46,135 nt of DNA from Candidatus Micrarchaeota archaeon. Its GTDB lineage: Archaea > Micrarchaeota > Micrarchaeia > Burarchaeales > Fermentimicrarchaeaceae. The notes beneath the pieces are model-generated. The model saw only the letters and a list, made by a program, of their open reading frames with translations. It had not been told where the DNA came from and ran no database searches. Below are positions 7,692-17,190 of this stretch, in pieces. The stretch lies in the NCBI GenBank assembly GCA_026396455.1, contig JAPLWT010000031.1:1-46135 (forward strand). Reading direction: 5' to 3'. How positions within the stretch are numbered: the first letter of the stretch is position 1; the number at the start of each line of letters is the position of its first letter. Both the position numbers and the translations under genes were made by a program.

Positions 7692-9980
7692 TTACCTAGT
7701 ATTCATTGGAAGGGCAGTATTTAAAACATTTGCGCTTTCCACCCGCGTTGGCTCGTTGTCCTTCTTGTCCCTCCACAGGCGGTATATCATTGCGCTTGCG
7801 GCATCCTTGAGGCTGTCATCATGGGTGATAACAAAAACTTGTTCCACTATTTTCGGGATGTATTCATTCAAAACTCTCCCAAGTGCCCTCATCCCCTCAT
7901 CATCCAAGTTGTGGGTCGGTTCATCCAGTATCAACCAGCTGAGATTTGGCACGAGCACCATTGCGAACGCCATCCTCATGGCAATGCTGGCGCTGGATCT
8001 CTCCCCTCCGCTTGCAATTCCGTCTACGCTCACCCAGTTCCCACCCGTCTTGAGCTGGAGCTCATAATCATCCTCGCTTGCATTCAACCTCACATCCTGG
8101 TAATCCCTGTACGGGTATATCGTAGTCCACATCTCCCTCATTGCGGAATTTATTGCACCGATTAGTTCTGCCCTCAGTTCTGCCTGCGTCTCCATCACGG
8201 AATTCTGGAATACCGTCAAGTTCTCGTATAAAGCGCCATACCTCTTGATCTCTTCCTCGACTTTCTCGTACTTCTCCCTCTCGCTCTTTTTTTCCTTGAT
8301 GAGCTCCTCAACCCTTCTCATCTCATTCCTTATGCCATCCACTCTCTCCACCAGTCCCCTCTCCTCAACGCTCAACTCCCTTACCTCAACCCTCTTGGCA
8401 TCCAAGGCTGCTCTGTCAAACTTCACCTCCTTCAATTTCTTTGCAACCTCCGCACCCTCCTCCTTGAGCTTCTCTATGTGCATTCTCGATTTTTTGATTT
8501 CAAGAGAAGATTTCAGCGTTTCCCTTTCAGCCTCGAAACCCTTGACCTTCTCCGCAATCTCCCTGAGTTTCTCCTCAGTTTCACGCAGTGAAGAATTGGA
8601 TTTCTCCAGCTCGGCCGTGCCCCTGAGCTTCTTTAGCCTCTCGTTTATCGAGTCGAGGACCTTCACCTTCCCGGCAATTTCATCCAGCAATTTCTCTTTC
8701 TCAACAGCGCCCTTTTCAAGACCCTCTATCTTCTCAAGCTCTGCCTTCTTCTCATCCTTTCTCTTCCCCAGCAGTTCTCCTCTCTTCTCCTCCCCAAGAG
8801 GAGTCTCGCATACCGGGCATTTGGTTAGCTCCTTGCCCAGCTCTCCAATAATCTCGTCTAGCTCGGAGACTCTGCGCTTTGAGCATTCAATCTCCCCTCT
8901 CGCCTCATTCAATTCCTTCTCCTGCCCCCTCCTTTCATTCTCCAGCTCGCTGGAACTTTTCCCAAACTCTGCAGCCTTTTTCTCCAGCATGCTTCTCTCA
9001 ATAATCTCCTCGTCAATTGCCCTGATCCTCTCATGCGCAGAGCCGACTTCCTTCGTATAATTGCCAACGAGTTCCTTTCCATCCGCCAGTTTGTTCTCAA
9101 GTTTCGCAAGCTCATCCTCGCTCGCTTTCTCTATGTCCGCAGGTGGTATCCCTCCAATCTTGCCTGCAACCTCTTTCTCCAAGTTCTCTACGGTGCGTTC
9201 TATTGCACCTTTTCTCTCGCTAAACTCCATATAAAATTTCTCAACCGTAATCATCCTGGAAAGGACCTGCTCCGCATCCTTTCTCTTTGTGCCGGCTTCC
9301 TTTGCCTTGGTGAGCAATGCCGATGCTTCCCCGTCAAGTTTTTTCAACTCACCTGCAACAAGCTCCTCATCCTTCCTGAGTTTCTCGATATCCGCGCTCC
9401 CGAGAAGTGCCGCCTTATCCTCCCTCATCCCCTTTATCCTATTCAGCACGGTGCTTATGTTGCTCCTCATCACTTCGAATTTGCTTATCCCGAGCAGCTC
9501 GTCAATCTCCTTCTTCCTCTCCCCCTTCCCAAGCATCAGGAAGTAATCCATCCTGTTCTGCTCAGAATACACTGCCCTTGTAAACAGCTCATAATCTATC
9601 TTGAGAAGCCTCTCAATCTCCTCAGTCACCCTCTGCGGCTGAGGCCCTTGGACCAGCTTTCCCTCCCTGCTCACCCTTGCCTCGGAACTGCCTTCGCTGC
9701 TTATCTTCCTCTCAACCTCATACCTGCTGCCCTCCCAGGTGAGCTCAACCTTCACCCATGCCTCATCCTTCTTCACGGGCCTGTCCATTATTATCTCAGA
9801 AAGCTTGATGCGCTTGTGCTGCAGTGCAGGGAAACTTCCGAAAAGAGCGAAGCATAATGCGTCGAGCACAGTGCTCTTGCCGCTTCCCATCGGCCCCACA
9901 AGTATGTTGGTTCCCTTGCCGAACTTGAAGTGGGTATCCTCATGCGATTTCCAGTTATGCAAGGAGATGCTCTCTATCAC
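7692..9980 (-). CDS. rad50: Rad50/SbcC-type SMC-like ATPase
   Basis: Walker A is GPMGSGKST. A long E/K-rich coiled coil carries a central CPVC zinc hook. The signature motif is SGGERSSASIA and Walker B is LILDEPTHNLD. Confidence 0.85.
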   Translation of the reverse strand: MIESISLHNWKSHEDTHFKFGKGTNILVGPMGSGKSTVLDALCFALFGSFPALQHKRIKLSEIIMDRPVKKDEAWVKVELTWEGSRYEVERKISSEGSSEARVSREGKLVQGPQPQRVTEEIERLLKIDYELFTRAVYSEQNRMDYFLMLGKGERKKEIDELLGISKFEVMRSNISTVLNRIKGMREDKAALLGSADIEKLRKDEELVAGELKKLDGEASALLTKAKEAGTKRKDAEQVLSRMITVEKFYMEFSERKGAIERTVENLEKEVAGKIGGIPPADIEKASEDELAKLENKLADGKELVGNYTKEVGSAHERIRAIDEEIIERSMLEKKAAEFGKSSSELENERRGQEKELNEARGEIECSKRRVSELDEIIGELGKELTKCPVCETPLGEEKRGELLGKRKDEKKAELEKIEGLEKGAVEKEKLLDEIAGKVKVLDSINERLKKLRGTAELEKSNSSLRETEEKLREIAEKVKGFEAERETLKSSLEIKKSRMHIEKLKEEGAEVAKKLKEVKFDRAALDAKRVEVRELSVEERGLVERVDGIRNEMRRVEELIKEKKSEREKYEKVEEEIKRYGALYENLTVFQNSVMETQAELRAELIGAINSAMREMWTTIYPYRDYQDVRLNASEDDYELQLKTGGNWVSVDGIASGGERSSASIAMRMAFAMVLVPNLSWLILDEPTHNLDDEGMRALGRVLNEYIPKIVEQVFVITHDDSLKDAASAMIYRLWRDKKDNEPTRVESANVLNTALPMNTR

Positions 9981-9996
9981 ATATTTATTTTATATG
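9981..9996. promoter_or_regulatory. AT-rich divergent promoter region (ATATTTATTTTATATG)
   Basis: Lies between the rad50 start (9980, minus strand) and the ATG at 10014 of the Mut7-C gene. Confidence 0.35.
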
Positions 9997-10013
9997 CACT
10001 ACTAAAATACGTT

Positions 10014-10484
10014 ATGTTCGTTGCCGATGAGATGTTGAAGAAACTTGCCAGGTGGCTCAGGCTTCTTGGCGTTGAGACCCTCTATCCCGATTCCATAGAC
10101 GATGACGAGATAATAAAATTCACAAAGAAGCACGATAAGATTCTTCTCACAATGGATTCTGAGCTCTGCAGGAGGGCAAGGAAGCAGGGCCTGAGCGTCT
10201 TCCTCGTGCCGAGAAAGAGCACGGAGGAGCAACTGGTGCTTCTCATAAAAAGATTCAAATTGGATGTTTCCGATGCTCCTTCAAAGGTGCTGTGCCCGCT
10301 GTGCAACGGCATGCTGAAGGAAGCTGGAAAGAAGGATGTGAAAAGCAAGGTTCTGCCAGAGGTGCTCTCCAAGCACGAGGAATTCTGGATGTGCAAGAAG
10401 TGCAAGAAAGTCTTCTGGGAGGGCTCTCACTGGGAGAGAATAAAGCGGAATCTTGAAAAAGTGAAGAGCATGGCTGAAGACTAG
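10014..10484 (+). CDS. Mut7-C/DUF82 PIN-like RNase domain protein with C-terminal zinc ribbon
   Basis: The N-terminus MFVADEMLKKLARWLRLLG is typical of the family. The C-terminus carries CPLCNG...CKKCKKVFWEGSHW. Confidence 0.75.
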   Translation: MFVADEMLKKLARWLRLLGVETLYPDSIDDDEIIKFTKKHDKILLTMDSELCRRARKQGLSVFLVPRKSTEEQLVLLIKRFKLDVSDAPSKVLCPLCNGMLKEAGKKDVKSKVLPEVLSKHEEFWMCKKCKKVFWEGSHWERIKRNLEKVKSMAED

Positions 10485-10729
10485 ATGAGGGTGACTTCCT
10501 CTACCTGCACCTCGCTGACCCCTGCTATCTTCTTAAGCTTCTCCTCTATATCGCTTCCTCCGCTGGAGTCCTTAACGATAATAGTCACCTTCAATGCCTT
10601 CATGCCGAAAGCCACTTCCTCCTCATCGAGTTTGTAAGGCTTTATCTCCTTCTGAATCGAATTCTTGACCTTCTCAAGTGCTTCAGGGCTTTCTGGAAAT
10701 ACTTTCGCAGTTACTGCAACGCTTCCCAT
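10481..10729 (-). CDS. ef1b: translation elongation factor aEF-1 beta
   Basis: MGSVAVTAKVFPESPE...AFGMKAL...VEEVTLI and a length of 82 aa are a classic aEF-1beta pattern. Confidence 0.85.
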   Translation of the reverse strand: MGSVAVTAKVFPESPEALEKVKNSIQKEIKPYKLDEEEVAFGMKALKVTIIVKDSSGGSDIEEKLKKIAGVSEVQVEEVTLI

Positions 10730-10740
10730 TCAAAAACCTC

Positions 10741-10902
10741 CTACGGTCCCACTTTTCCGCACTTGCCGCACCTGTACGTATTGGTGGTCTCCCTGCAGTG
10801 CGGGCACCTTACTATGGCCCTTTCCCCGCAATGAGGGCAGGGAAACTCAGCATATATCCTTGCCTGCTTTCCGCATGAGCTGCAAATTTTCAGAATATAC
10901 AT
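10741..10902 (-). CDS. small Zn-ribbon protein (COG2888-like), conserved partner of aEF-1beta
   Basis: Four CxxC pairs: CSSC, CPHC, CPHC, CGKC. The start is set at MYILKIC. Confidence 0.7.
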   Translation of the reverse strand: MYILKICSSCGKQARIYAEFPCPHCGERAIVRCPHCRETTNTYRCGKCGKVGP

Positions 10903-10951
10903 CACCTTTAATTTGTTTTGCAGGGTAAAATATAATAACCCTATTCTAAGT

Positions 10952-11025
10952 GCCCCCATAGTCTAGCCTGGATAAAACACTGGCTTGCGGAGCCGGAGTC
11001 CGGGGTCCGAATCCCCGTGGGGGCG
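10952..11025 (+). tRNA. tRNA-Arg (GCG), no intron
   Basis: Acceptor is GCCCCCA/TGGGGGC. The anticodon arm CTGGC-TTGCGGA-GCCGG gives GCG. The T arm is CGGGG-TCCGAAT-CCCCG. Confidence 0.85.
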
Positions 11026-11070
11026 TTATACCCTACGTTTATATTTCTGGTTTTCGAATACCCCCATTGC

Positions 11071-11550
11071 TCAACGGGGTCTTAGAATCCGATTTATCTG
11101 AAATCTTGGGTGAAATAATATTTTCTCTTTTATCACAGATTGCGTATCCTGTATAACTATTTTCGAAGGATATGATTTTGAAAAGACCCATTTTAGTGTA
11201 TACGCACTCACCATACGGAGCGAACTTGCAACAACAAAAAAGTTTTCTTTATCGTTATATACCAGGAAATCAGGTCTGCCCTTGCTATCCAAATCCGCCA
11301 TAAATTGTTTCTTACTGACTCCAAAATTTCTTAGAAATTGGCACCTAAGTATATAACCCATGTTGTTAATCCTCGCATATGTCGGGTTGTCTACCACCTG
11401 ATAACCGTGCTGTGTATAGTAGCTTTTAATGAATTTTTTAGCATCACCACCCGGACCTTTACATTTTTTGCAAAGTTCCTCCATGCATAACTCTTTGTTT
11501 TCCTTTGTTTCGTATGCGCCAGTTTTGACATTGAAGAAATGAAGCTTCAT
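11071..11550 (-). CDS. hypothetical protein (159 aa), AT-rich
   Basis: The ORF overlaps the gatE stop by 4 nt (ATGA). It has visibly lower GC than its neighbours. It has a Cys pair (CMEELCKKC) and a GRPDFLV segment vaguely like PD-(D/E)xK nucleases, but no E-x-K follows. Confidence 0.5.
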   Translation of the reverse strand: MKLHFFNVKTGAYETKENKELCMEELCKKCKGPGGDAKKFIKSYYTQHGYQVVDNPTYARINNMGYILRCQFLRNFGVSKKQFMADLDSKGRPDFLVYNDKENFFVVASSLRMVSAYTLKWVFSKSYPSKIVIQDTQSVIKEKILFHPRFQINRILRPR

Positions 11551-13361
11551 GGATAGACCTCCACAATCTTTGAAAGCTCTTCAGCATCAACCCTCAGCCT
11601 GTGCTCCCTCATTATATCCTGGATAAGGGCTTTACCAACTTTCCCGCTTTTTCTTTTCTCCTTAACAATCTGTTTCAATTCCACAGGACTCATCTTCTCG
11701 AGTTTGAGCTTTTCCACAGCGCTTGAGATGCTCTCGCCAGCGTTTTTTGAGATATACCTCAAAATCTCAGGAATTGCAGCCTTTACAAACTTTCCGCACT
11801 TGTACTCGATGAAAAGCTCCATGAGCTTGTTCTCATTCAGCTTCTCAACAGGAACGCCCTCCCTCCTTAGGCTGACAAGGGTCTCCTCCAGAGTAGTTGC
11901 AACAAACTTCGGCTCAACCTTCAGCTCTCCGACAACTTTTTCAAAGAGCGGATAATTCTCTGAAAGCATTATCTTCTCAGCAAGCTCCTCATTCAGGACT
12001 TTGAGCAGCTTCTTCTTCCTCTCCTCTGGCATTTCGGACAGCCTTCCCCTAATTTCCTCAATGAATTCCTCGCTTATGCCAATTGGCGGAACGTCAGTTT
12101 CTGGATAAAGCCTTGCGCTGCCCGGCATAGGCCTCATGTACGCAGTTCCTCCATCAGCCAAAACCCTCCTCACCTCATTCTGAGGTCCTTCAAAAGCCTG
12201 CAGAGTCCTCTCATAGACTCCCTCAAGCGCCCTCTCGCAGGTTTTTCCATCACCCGCAACAAGCACGAAAGCATCCTGCGCACCTGCACCAATCTTCTCC
12301 CTCAGCCTGCTCAATTCCTCCCCGGTTATGGGGTATTTCTCAAGCTTCTCGTCGCTGTGGATTATACCTCCAACTCCCGCCTTGGCGACTGCATAATCGC
12401 TGAATTCAGTTCCCAGCCTTCTGTTCTCATAGAGCTCCTCCCCAAGCAGCCCGGCAAACTTCTCCAGCTTCATTGCAAGCACGCATTCCTTCCTCAGCAG
12501 CTTTGAAGCAGAATTCTTAAAAATTTCGGTAACTTCCACCATGGCAGGCTTCCCGAACTTTTTCTTGCCAAACCTCTTTTCAAGTTCGCCCTTTATTTTG
12601 ACGAGTTTCTCCTGCCTCCTTACTTCTTTGTCAACTATCGTTTCTATCAGGCCAAGCTCCTGGGCGCCCTTCACCTCAACTCTGGCACCTTCAGGAACCG
12701 AGATGTTTATATCCTGCCTTATTGTCCCTATGCCTCTCTGCACTTTTCCTGTTGCCCTCAGAATCATGCCGAGCTTCTCTGCAACCTCTCTTGCGTGCTT
12801 TGCATCCTTGATGTCGGGGGAAGTTGCTATCTCAACTAGGGGAATTCCCAGCCTGTCAAGCCTGTAAGTTATCTCCCCGGCTTTCTCGCCGACTATGCCC
12901 GAGCTTTCCTCCTCAAGGCATACCGCCTGTATGCCAACCCTTCCTTTGCTTGTCTCTATGAAACCTCCCAGCCCGATTATGGAAGTCCTCTGAAATCCGG
13001 AAGTGTTGCTGCCGTCTATCACGGTCTTTCTCATCACTTCAACTTCATCAACAACTTTTGAATTGAGGAGCAGGCATACCTCAACTGCAATTTCAAGCGC
13101 CTCACCATTCATGCTGTGCGGGGGTTCCTCATCCAACTCGACAAGGCAGGTGCTTTGAGGGAATATCTGGTAGCGGTATTTCCTGCCGCGGGAATACTCG
13201 TGCAATGCGGCCAAATCAACATCGCCGAGCTCTCCAGCAACTGCCCTCTGCATCCTCTCAACAGTTGCAATAGGCTTCTCCTCACTTGGCTGTGCAGAAC
13301 AGCCGCAGAAAAGCTTTTTTTCTGTTGCAAGCCTCTGGTGAATTTCAATGCCGCACTTCAT
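11547..13361 (-). CDS. gatE: Glu-tRNA(Gln) amidotransferase subunit E
   Basis: MKCGIEIHQRL... is a GatB/E-like N-terminus. The protein is 604 aa and the gene overlaps gatD. Confidence 0.95.
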   Translation of the reverse strand: MKCGIEIHQRLATEKKLFCGCSAQPSEEKPIATVERMQRAVAGELGDVDLAALHEYSRGRKYRYQIFPQSTCLVELDEEPPHSMNGEALEIAVEVCLLLNSKVVDEVEVMRKTVIDGSNTSGFQRTSIIGLGGFIETSKGRVGIQAVCLEEESSGIVGEKAGEITYRLDRLGIPLVEIATSPDIKDAKHAREVAEKLGMILRATGKVQRGIGTIRQDINISVPEGARVEVKGAQELGLIETIVDKEVRRQEKLVKIKGELEKRFGKKKFGKPAMVEVTEIFKNSASKLLRKECVLAMKLEKFAGLLGEELYENRRLGTEFSDYAVAKAGVGGIIHSDEKLEKYPITGEELSRLREKIGAGAQDAFVLVAGDGKTCERALEGVYERTLQAFEGPQNEVRRVLADGGTAYMRPMPGSARLYPETDVPPIGISEEFIEEIRGRLSEMPEERKKKLLKVLNEELAEKIMLSENYPLFEKVVGELKVEPKFVATTLEETLVSLRREGVPVEKLNENKLMELFIEYKCGKFVKAAIPEILRYISKNAGESISSAVEKLKLEKMSPVELKQIVKEKRKSGKVGKALIQDIMREHRLRVDAEELSKIVEVYP

Positions 13362-14671
13362 TCCAACACCGGAGTCCTCTCATTGAGCTCTCCAGCAACA
13401 TTCGTCAGCATCATCTTCTTGATTTCCTCCAAATCCTTGCTGTGGGCCAATACATGCATCAGCTTTACATAGGCAACTTCGGGGAGCATATCACCACAGA
13501 ACATGGCACCTGCCTCAAACTCCTTTCGGAGGTTCGCGTAGACGAAATCATGAACCCTGCCAAATAGGCACTGCGAAGTTATGCAGACAGGTATCCCTGC
13601 TTTCGTTGCTTCCCTTATCCTCGATATTACGGAATGCCCCTCTATTGTTGGGACATGCCCCAAGCCTGTTCCCTCAATCACGAATCCCTTGAACTTCTTA
13701 CCAATGTAGAAGTCAAATATCCCCGGCTCCATTCCGGGGTAGGTCTTAATCAACGCCACTTTCTCCTCAAGCTTGTCATCAAGGGAGACCTCGCCATCGC
13801 ATCGCTTTCTGTAATTGCCATTAGTCATCTCAATCCTGCCGTCAGGGAATATTTTGGCAAGAGGCTCATCATTCACGCTCTTGAATGCATCCCTTTTTGA
13901 AGTATGCAATTTTCTGACCTTCGTCCCCCTGTGCGCATAGCAGAAATCATCGTTCGAGGAGCCGTGCATGACAAGCGATACCTCGGCAACATCACCCTTC
14001 GATGCGAAATTGGCCGAACAAATCATGTTTATGAAAGAGTCGCTTGAGCCCCTGTCGCTGGACCTCTGGGATCCTGTGAAAACAACGGGCTTGTTCAAAT
14101 CCCTGAGCATGAAGCTCAGCGCTGCACTTGAGAAATGCATCGTATCCGTCCCGTGGGTCACAATAACGCCTTTTGTATCTGTCTTCAACTCCTTGTATAC
14201 CGCTCTGGCCATCTCCTTCCAGTGTTCGGGAGTCATATTCTCGCTCATAATCTCAAAAAGAAATTTTGAATCGATGTTAAATTCTCCCAACTCCGGAACC
14301 GTTTTAACGATATCAGATGTTCTGTATGACGCATCCACCCCTCCAGTCGCATAATCAACTCTCGAGGCAACAGTCCCGCCGGTGCTTATTATTGAAATGA
14401 GCGGCTTTCCGGCAATGCGCTTCGTTTTCTCTTCACTGCTCTTGAAGCCTATGCCCTTGTGGCCTTGAAGCTTCTCAAGCTCACTCCCCTTGAATTTCAA
14501 TCCCAACGAATAACCATTCGAAAGTTTTATCACGATTGCATCTGGATCGCCCAGCTCCTGCTTCGGCATGAGGATTCCTTCGTGGACCTGGTCCCCTCTC
14601 TTGACTCTCACGCTATCCCCTATTTCAACTCCCAGATCCTTCAACTTCTTTTGAATTTCCTTGGAATACAT
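13358..14671 (-). CDS. gatD: Glu-tRNA(Gln) amidotransferase subunit D
   Basis: Has an asparaginase-like domain (ISTGGTVAS, HGTDTM). The ATG at 14671 (MYSKE) is preferred; a GTG at 14686 is also possible. Confidence 0.9.
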   Translation of the reverse strand: MYSKEIQKKLKDLGVEIGDSVRVKRGDQVHEGILMPKQELGDPDAIVIKLSNGYSLGLKFKGSELEKLQGHKGIGFKSSEEKTKRIAGKPLISIISTGGTVASRVDYATGGVDASYRTSDIVKTVPELGEFNIDSKFLFEIMSENMTPEHWKEMARAVYKELKTDTKGVIVTHGTDTMHFSSAALSFMLRDLNKPVVFTGSQRSSDRGSSDSFINMICSANFASKGDVAEVSLVMHGSSNDDFCYAHRGTKVRKLHTSKRDAFKSVNDEPLAKIFPDGRIEMTNGNYRKRCDGEVSLDDKLEEKVALIKTYPGMEPGIFDFYIGKKFKGFVIEGTGLGHVPTIEGHSVISRIREATKAGIPVCITSQCLFGRVHDFVYANLRKEFEAGAMFCGDMLPEVAYVKLMHVLAHSKDLEEIKKMMLTNVAGELNERTPVLE

Positions 14672-14693
14672 AACACCACCATGCACTACCTCT

Positions 14694-16310
14694 CTACTTC
14701 TTGCAATTTAATCCTTTTGATACGTAGGGACCATCTCTCTTATACCCCAGCTTGAGGTAGTACTCCTTTGCGCCAATACCGCTTATCACGGCAAGCTTCC
14801 TGCAGTCGAATTCCTCCTCTGCTATCCTCTCGGCTTCCTCAAGAAGCCTGCTGCCGAACCCCCTGTGCTGGAATTCTCTCACCCTCTTCCCACCGACAGG
14901 CAGCATCTCCCCGTAAACATGGAGCTCCCTTACGCCACCTGCATCCTTCAGCTCCTTTCTATGCGCTTCCCCAGAGGGTATCCTCAACCTAAGAAAACCT
15001 ACAAGCGCATCGTGCCTCATCTCGTCAAAGCTCAGGAAAATCTCCTTCCCTCCAGAGGCATCATAGTCAATCCTATTCAGTTTCACACTCTTCAAATTCG
15101 GTTTTATCCCATCTTTCGAAATTCTGTATCCTATCTCCCTGCAGCGTATGCACTGGCATTTCCTCCCGTCTTCTATGAGCTTCTGCTCAATCATCTGCCT
15201 CAGATTGCTCTTCTTAACTCCATCCGCAATTAGATACGAAGGTATGTCCCTCTGCACCCTCATCACCCGTGCATATCTGGGCACAAACTTCATAGCATCC
15301 GCAATAACTTCAGCTGCTTCCTCGGCGGAATAGGGCTTGAATTCACCCTTCCTCCACAAATCATACAGCTTCGTTCCCTCCATGACAAGGCAGGGGTATA
15401 TCTTCAGCATGTCCGGCCTGAACCTTTCATCCCCAAAAAGGGTTCTGAAACTCCCAACATCCTCATCCTTGTCGGCAAAAAGGCCGGGCATCATGTGATA
15501 TAAAACTTTGAGAAGCGAATCCTTGCACACTCTGGTGGCTTCAACAACCTCTTTCACTCCGTGCCCCCTGTTCACTTTCTTGTAAACCTTATCATCAAGG
15601 GTCTGCACGCCAAGCTCAATTCTCGTGGCTCCATAGCGGAGCAGCTCATCAACTTCCTTCTCACTAGCCCAGTCAGGCCTCGTCTCTATGGTCAGACCAA
15701 CGACTCTCCTTTGCGCTCTCTCATTTGCATGCTGGGCTTCCTCAAGGTCTTCTGACTCAAATCCATTCATCGCATCAAAACATCTCTTGATAAACCACTC
15801 CTGGTACTCCCGGGGCATGGAATTGAAGGTTCCGCCCATCACTATCAGCTCGCACTTGCTCACCCGATGCCCAATCTCCTCCAGCTGTCTTACCCTCGAA
15901 TCCACCTGTCTGGACGGATCATAATCATTCTGTATAGCTCTCATTGCAGCAGGCTCCCTTCCCGTGTAGCTCTTTGGGGCGTTCTCCCCTCTCGGGCAGT
16001 AGATGCACTTCCCAGGGCATTCCCCCTTGGTCATGACAGCTATGACATTGACTCCGGAGATAGTCCTCATTGGCCTTATCCTCAGCAGTTCAACTATCCT
16101 CCCAGACCTCTTTCCCGCAGGTATCTCTCCGAGTATACTGGAATTCTTCACAACCCCGGCAATTCCATGCCTCTCGCTTGCCCTTACTTTCGCCTCCCAC
16201 AGCTCAACCCTGTTTTTTATTTTCCCTTGGAGAACAAGCCCTGCAACCTCTCTGCTAGCCATTTGAGTGCTCTCGCTACTTCTTTTATTTTTCAAAATAC
16301 GTTTTTCCAT
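14694..16310 (-). CDS. elp3: Elp3-type radical-SAM/GNAT tRNA uridine-34 modification enzyme
   Basis: Has a CPGKCIYCP radical-SAM cluster motif and a C-terminal GNAT domain (QHRGFGSRLLEEAE). Confidence 0.9.
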   Translation of the reverse strand: MEKRILKNKRSSESTQMASREVAGLVLQGKIKNRVELWEAKVRASERHGIAGVVKNSSILGEIPAGKRSGRIVELLRIRPMRTISGVNVIAVMTKGECPGKCIYCPRGENAPKSYTGREPAAMRAIQNDYDPSRQVDSRVRQLEEIGHRVSKCELIVMGGTFNSMPREYQEWFIKRCFDAMNGFESEDLEEAQHANERAQRRVVGLTIETRPDWASEKEVDELLRYGATRIELGVQTLDDKVYKKVNRGHGVKEVVEATRVCKDSLLKVLYHMMPGLFADKDEDVGSFRTLFGDERFRPDMLKIYPCLVMEGTKLYDLWRKGEFKPYSAEEAAEVIADAMKFVPRYARVMRVQRDIPSYLIADGVKKSNLRQMIEQKLIEDGRKCQCIRCREIGYRISKDGIKPNLKSVKLNRIDYDASGGKEIFLSFDEMRHDALVGFLRLRIPSGEAHRKELKDAGGVRELHVYGEMLPVGGKRVREFQHRGFGSRLLEEAERIAEEEFDCRKLAVISGIGAKEYYLKLGYKRDGPYVSKGLNCKK

Positions 16311-16319
16311 CGACTCTAC

Positions 16320-17153
16320 CTAAAGCAGAAGTTTTGAGAAGAAAGCTATGAGCGAATATATGGGGCTCTCTATAAGCGGGGATATAAGCAGCCCATGGCC
16401 GGTTGCCTTGTAATCAGAAACTAGGGATGGCTCTGCTACCAGCACGATCTTCAGTCCCTTGCTTATCTGGTCGCTGGAGAGCGAGGTAACGTTCAGGGTC
16501 ATCTCTATCTTATTCTCCTCCTCGCTCACAACTTCATAAGTGACGGTTTTCCTGGCCGGTGATGTGACATCAATTGCATGCGGGACAAGGACCTCCTTCT
16601 TGAAAGTCCATGCAGGAACGCCACTCGAGGTTATCCTGAATGTATCGCTGGCAGCCCCTGCGTTCTCTATGTCCACATAGTATATTGCAGGCTGCCCCAC
16701 TCCAGCTTCAACTTCATAGGGACTAACATCTATGCTGAAAACTTCCTTGCTTACCGTAACCTTAACATTTATCGTGAGATTGCCAAGACCGTCATAGTTG
16801 CCTTCATCAATTGCTTTCGCCTTGAAAGTATACTCCCCATCAGCTGCATCAGCAGCTATCCTTATCTTTGCCTTCATGGGAGTCTCCTGCCAAAGGCTGT
16901 CCTCTGCAATCCAGCCCGGAGGCACATCCTCAATTGCCAGCTTGTCCCATCCCACGTAGTTTATCTTCTCGCCAGCGGCATCTATGGTTGCCCTTTCTGC
17001 AACCAGATACACAGTCTGCCCTGGGCCTGCAGTACCTATAAAAATAGTGTCATTGTCGAGCCACCCCTCGTAAGGGACGGGCTCCTTGACATTGAGGTAT
17101 GCAGCATTCGCTGCCACCATAAGAATGAAAAGCACAAATACTGGTCCTCTCAT
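16320..17153 (-). CDS. secreted/cell-surface protein with signal peptide and C-terminal hydrophobic anchor
   Basis: The N-terminus MRGPVFVLFILMVAANA is followed by a beta-rich body and a C-terminal IYSLIAFFSKLLL. A TATA box lies about 30 nt upstream of the ATG at 17153. Confidence 0.55.
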   Translation of the reverse strand: MRGPVFVLFILMVAANAAYLNVKEPVPYEGWLDNDTIFIGTAGPGQTVYLVAERATIDAAGEKINYVGWDKLAIEDVPPGWIAEDSLWQETPMKAKIRIAADAADGEYTFKAKAIDEGNYDGLGNLTINVKVTVSKEVFSIDVSPYEVEAGVGQPAIYYVDIENAGAASDTFRITSSGVPAWTFKKEVLVPHAIDVTSPARKTVTYEVVSEEENKIEMTLNVTSLSSDQISKGLKIVLVAEPSLVSDYKATGHGLLISPLIESPIYSLIAFFSKLLL

Positions 17154-17190
17154 GATAACCACGGAAATATCTCAACAGCTTAATAAAAAT

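Noticed and set aside
8245-9857. Two long plus-strand ORFs (271 and 274 aa) antisense to rad50.
   Set aside because: They are Ser/Leu/Phe-rich low-complexity mirror images of the E/K-rich coiled coil (GAR/AAR codons read in reverse). They have no independent signals.
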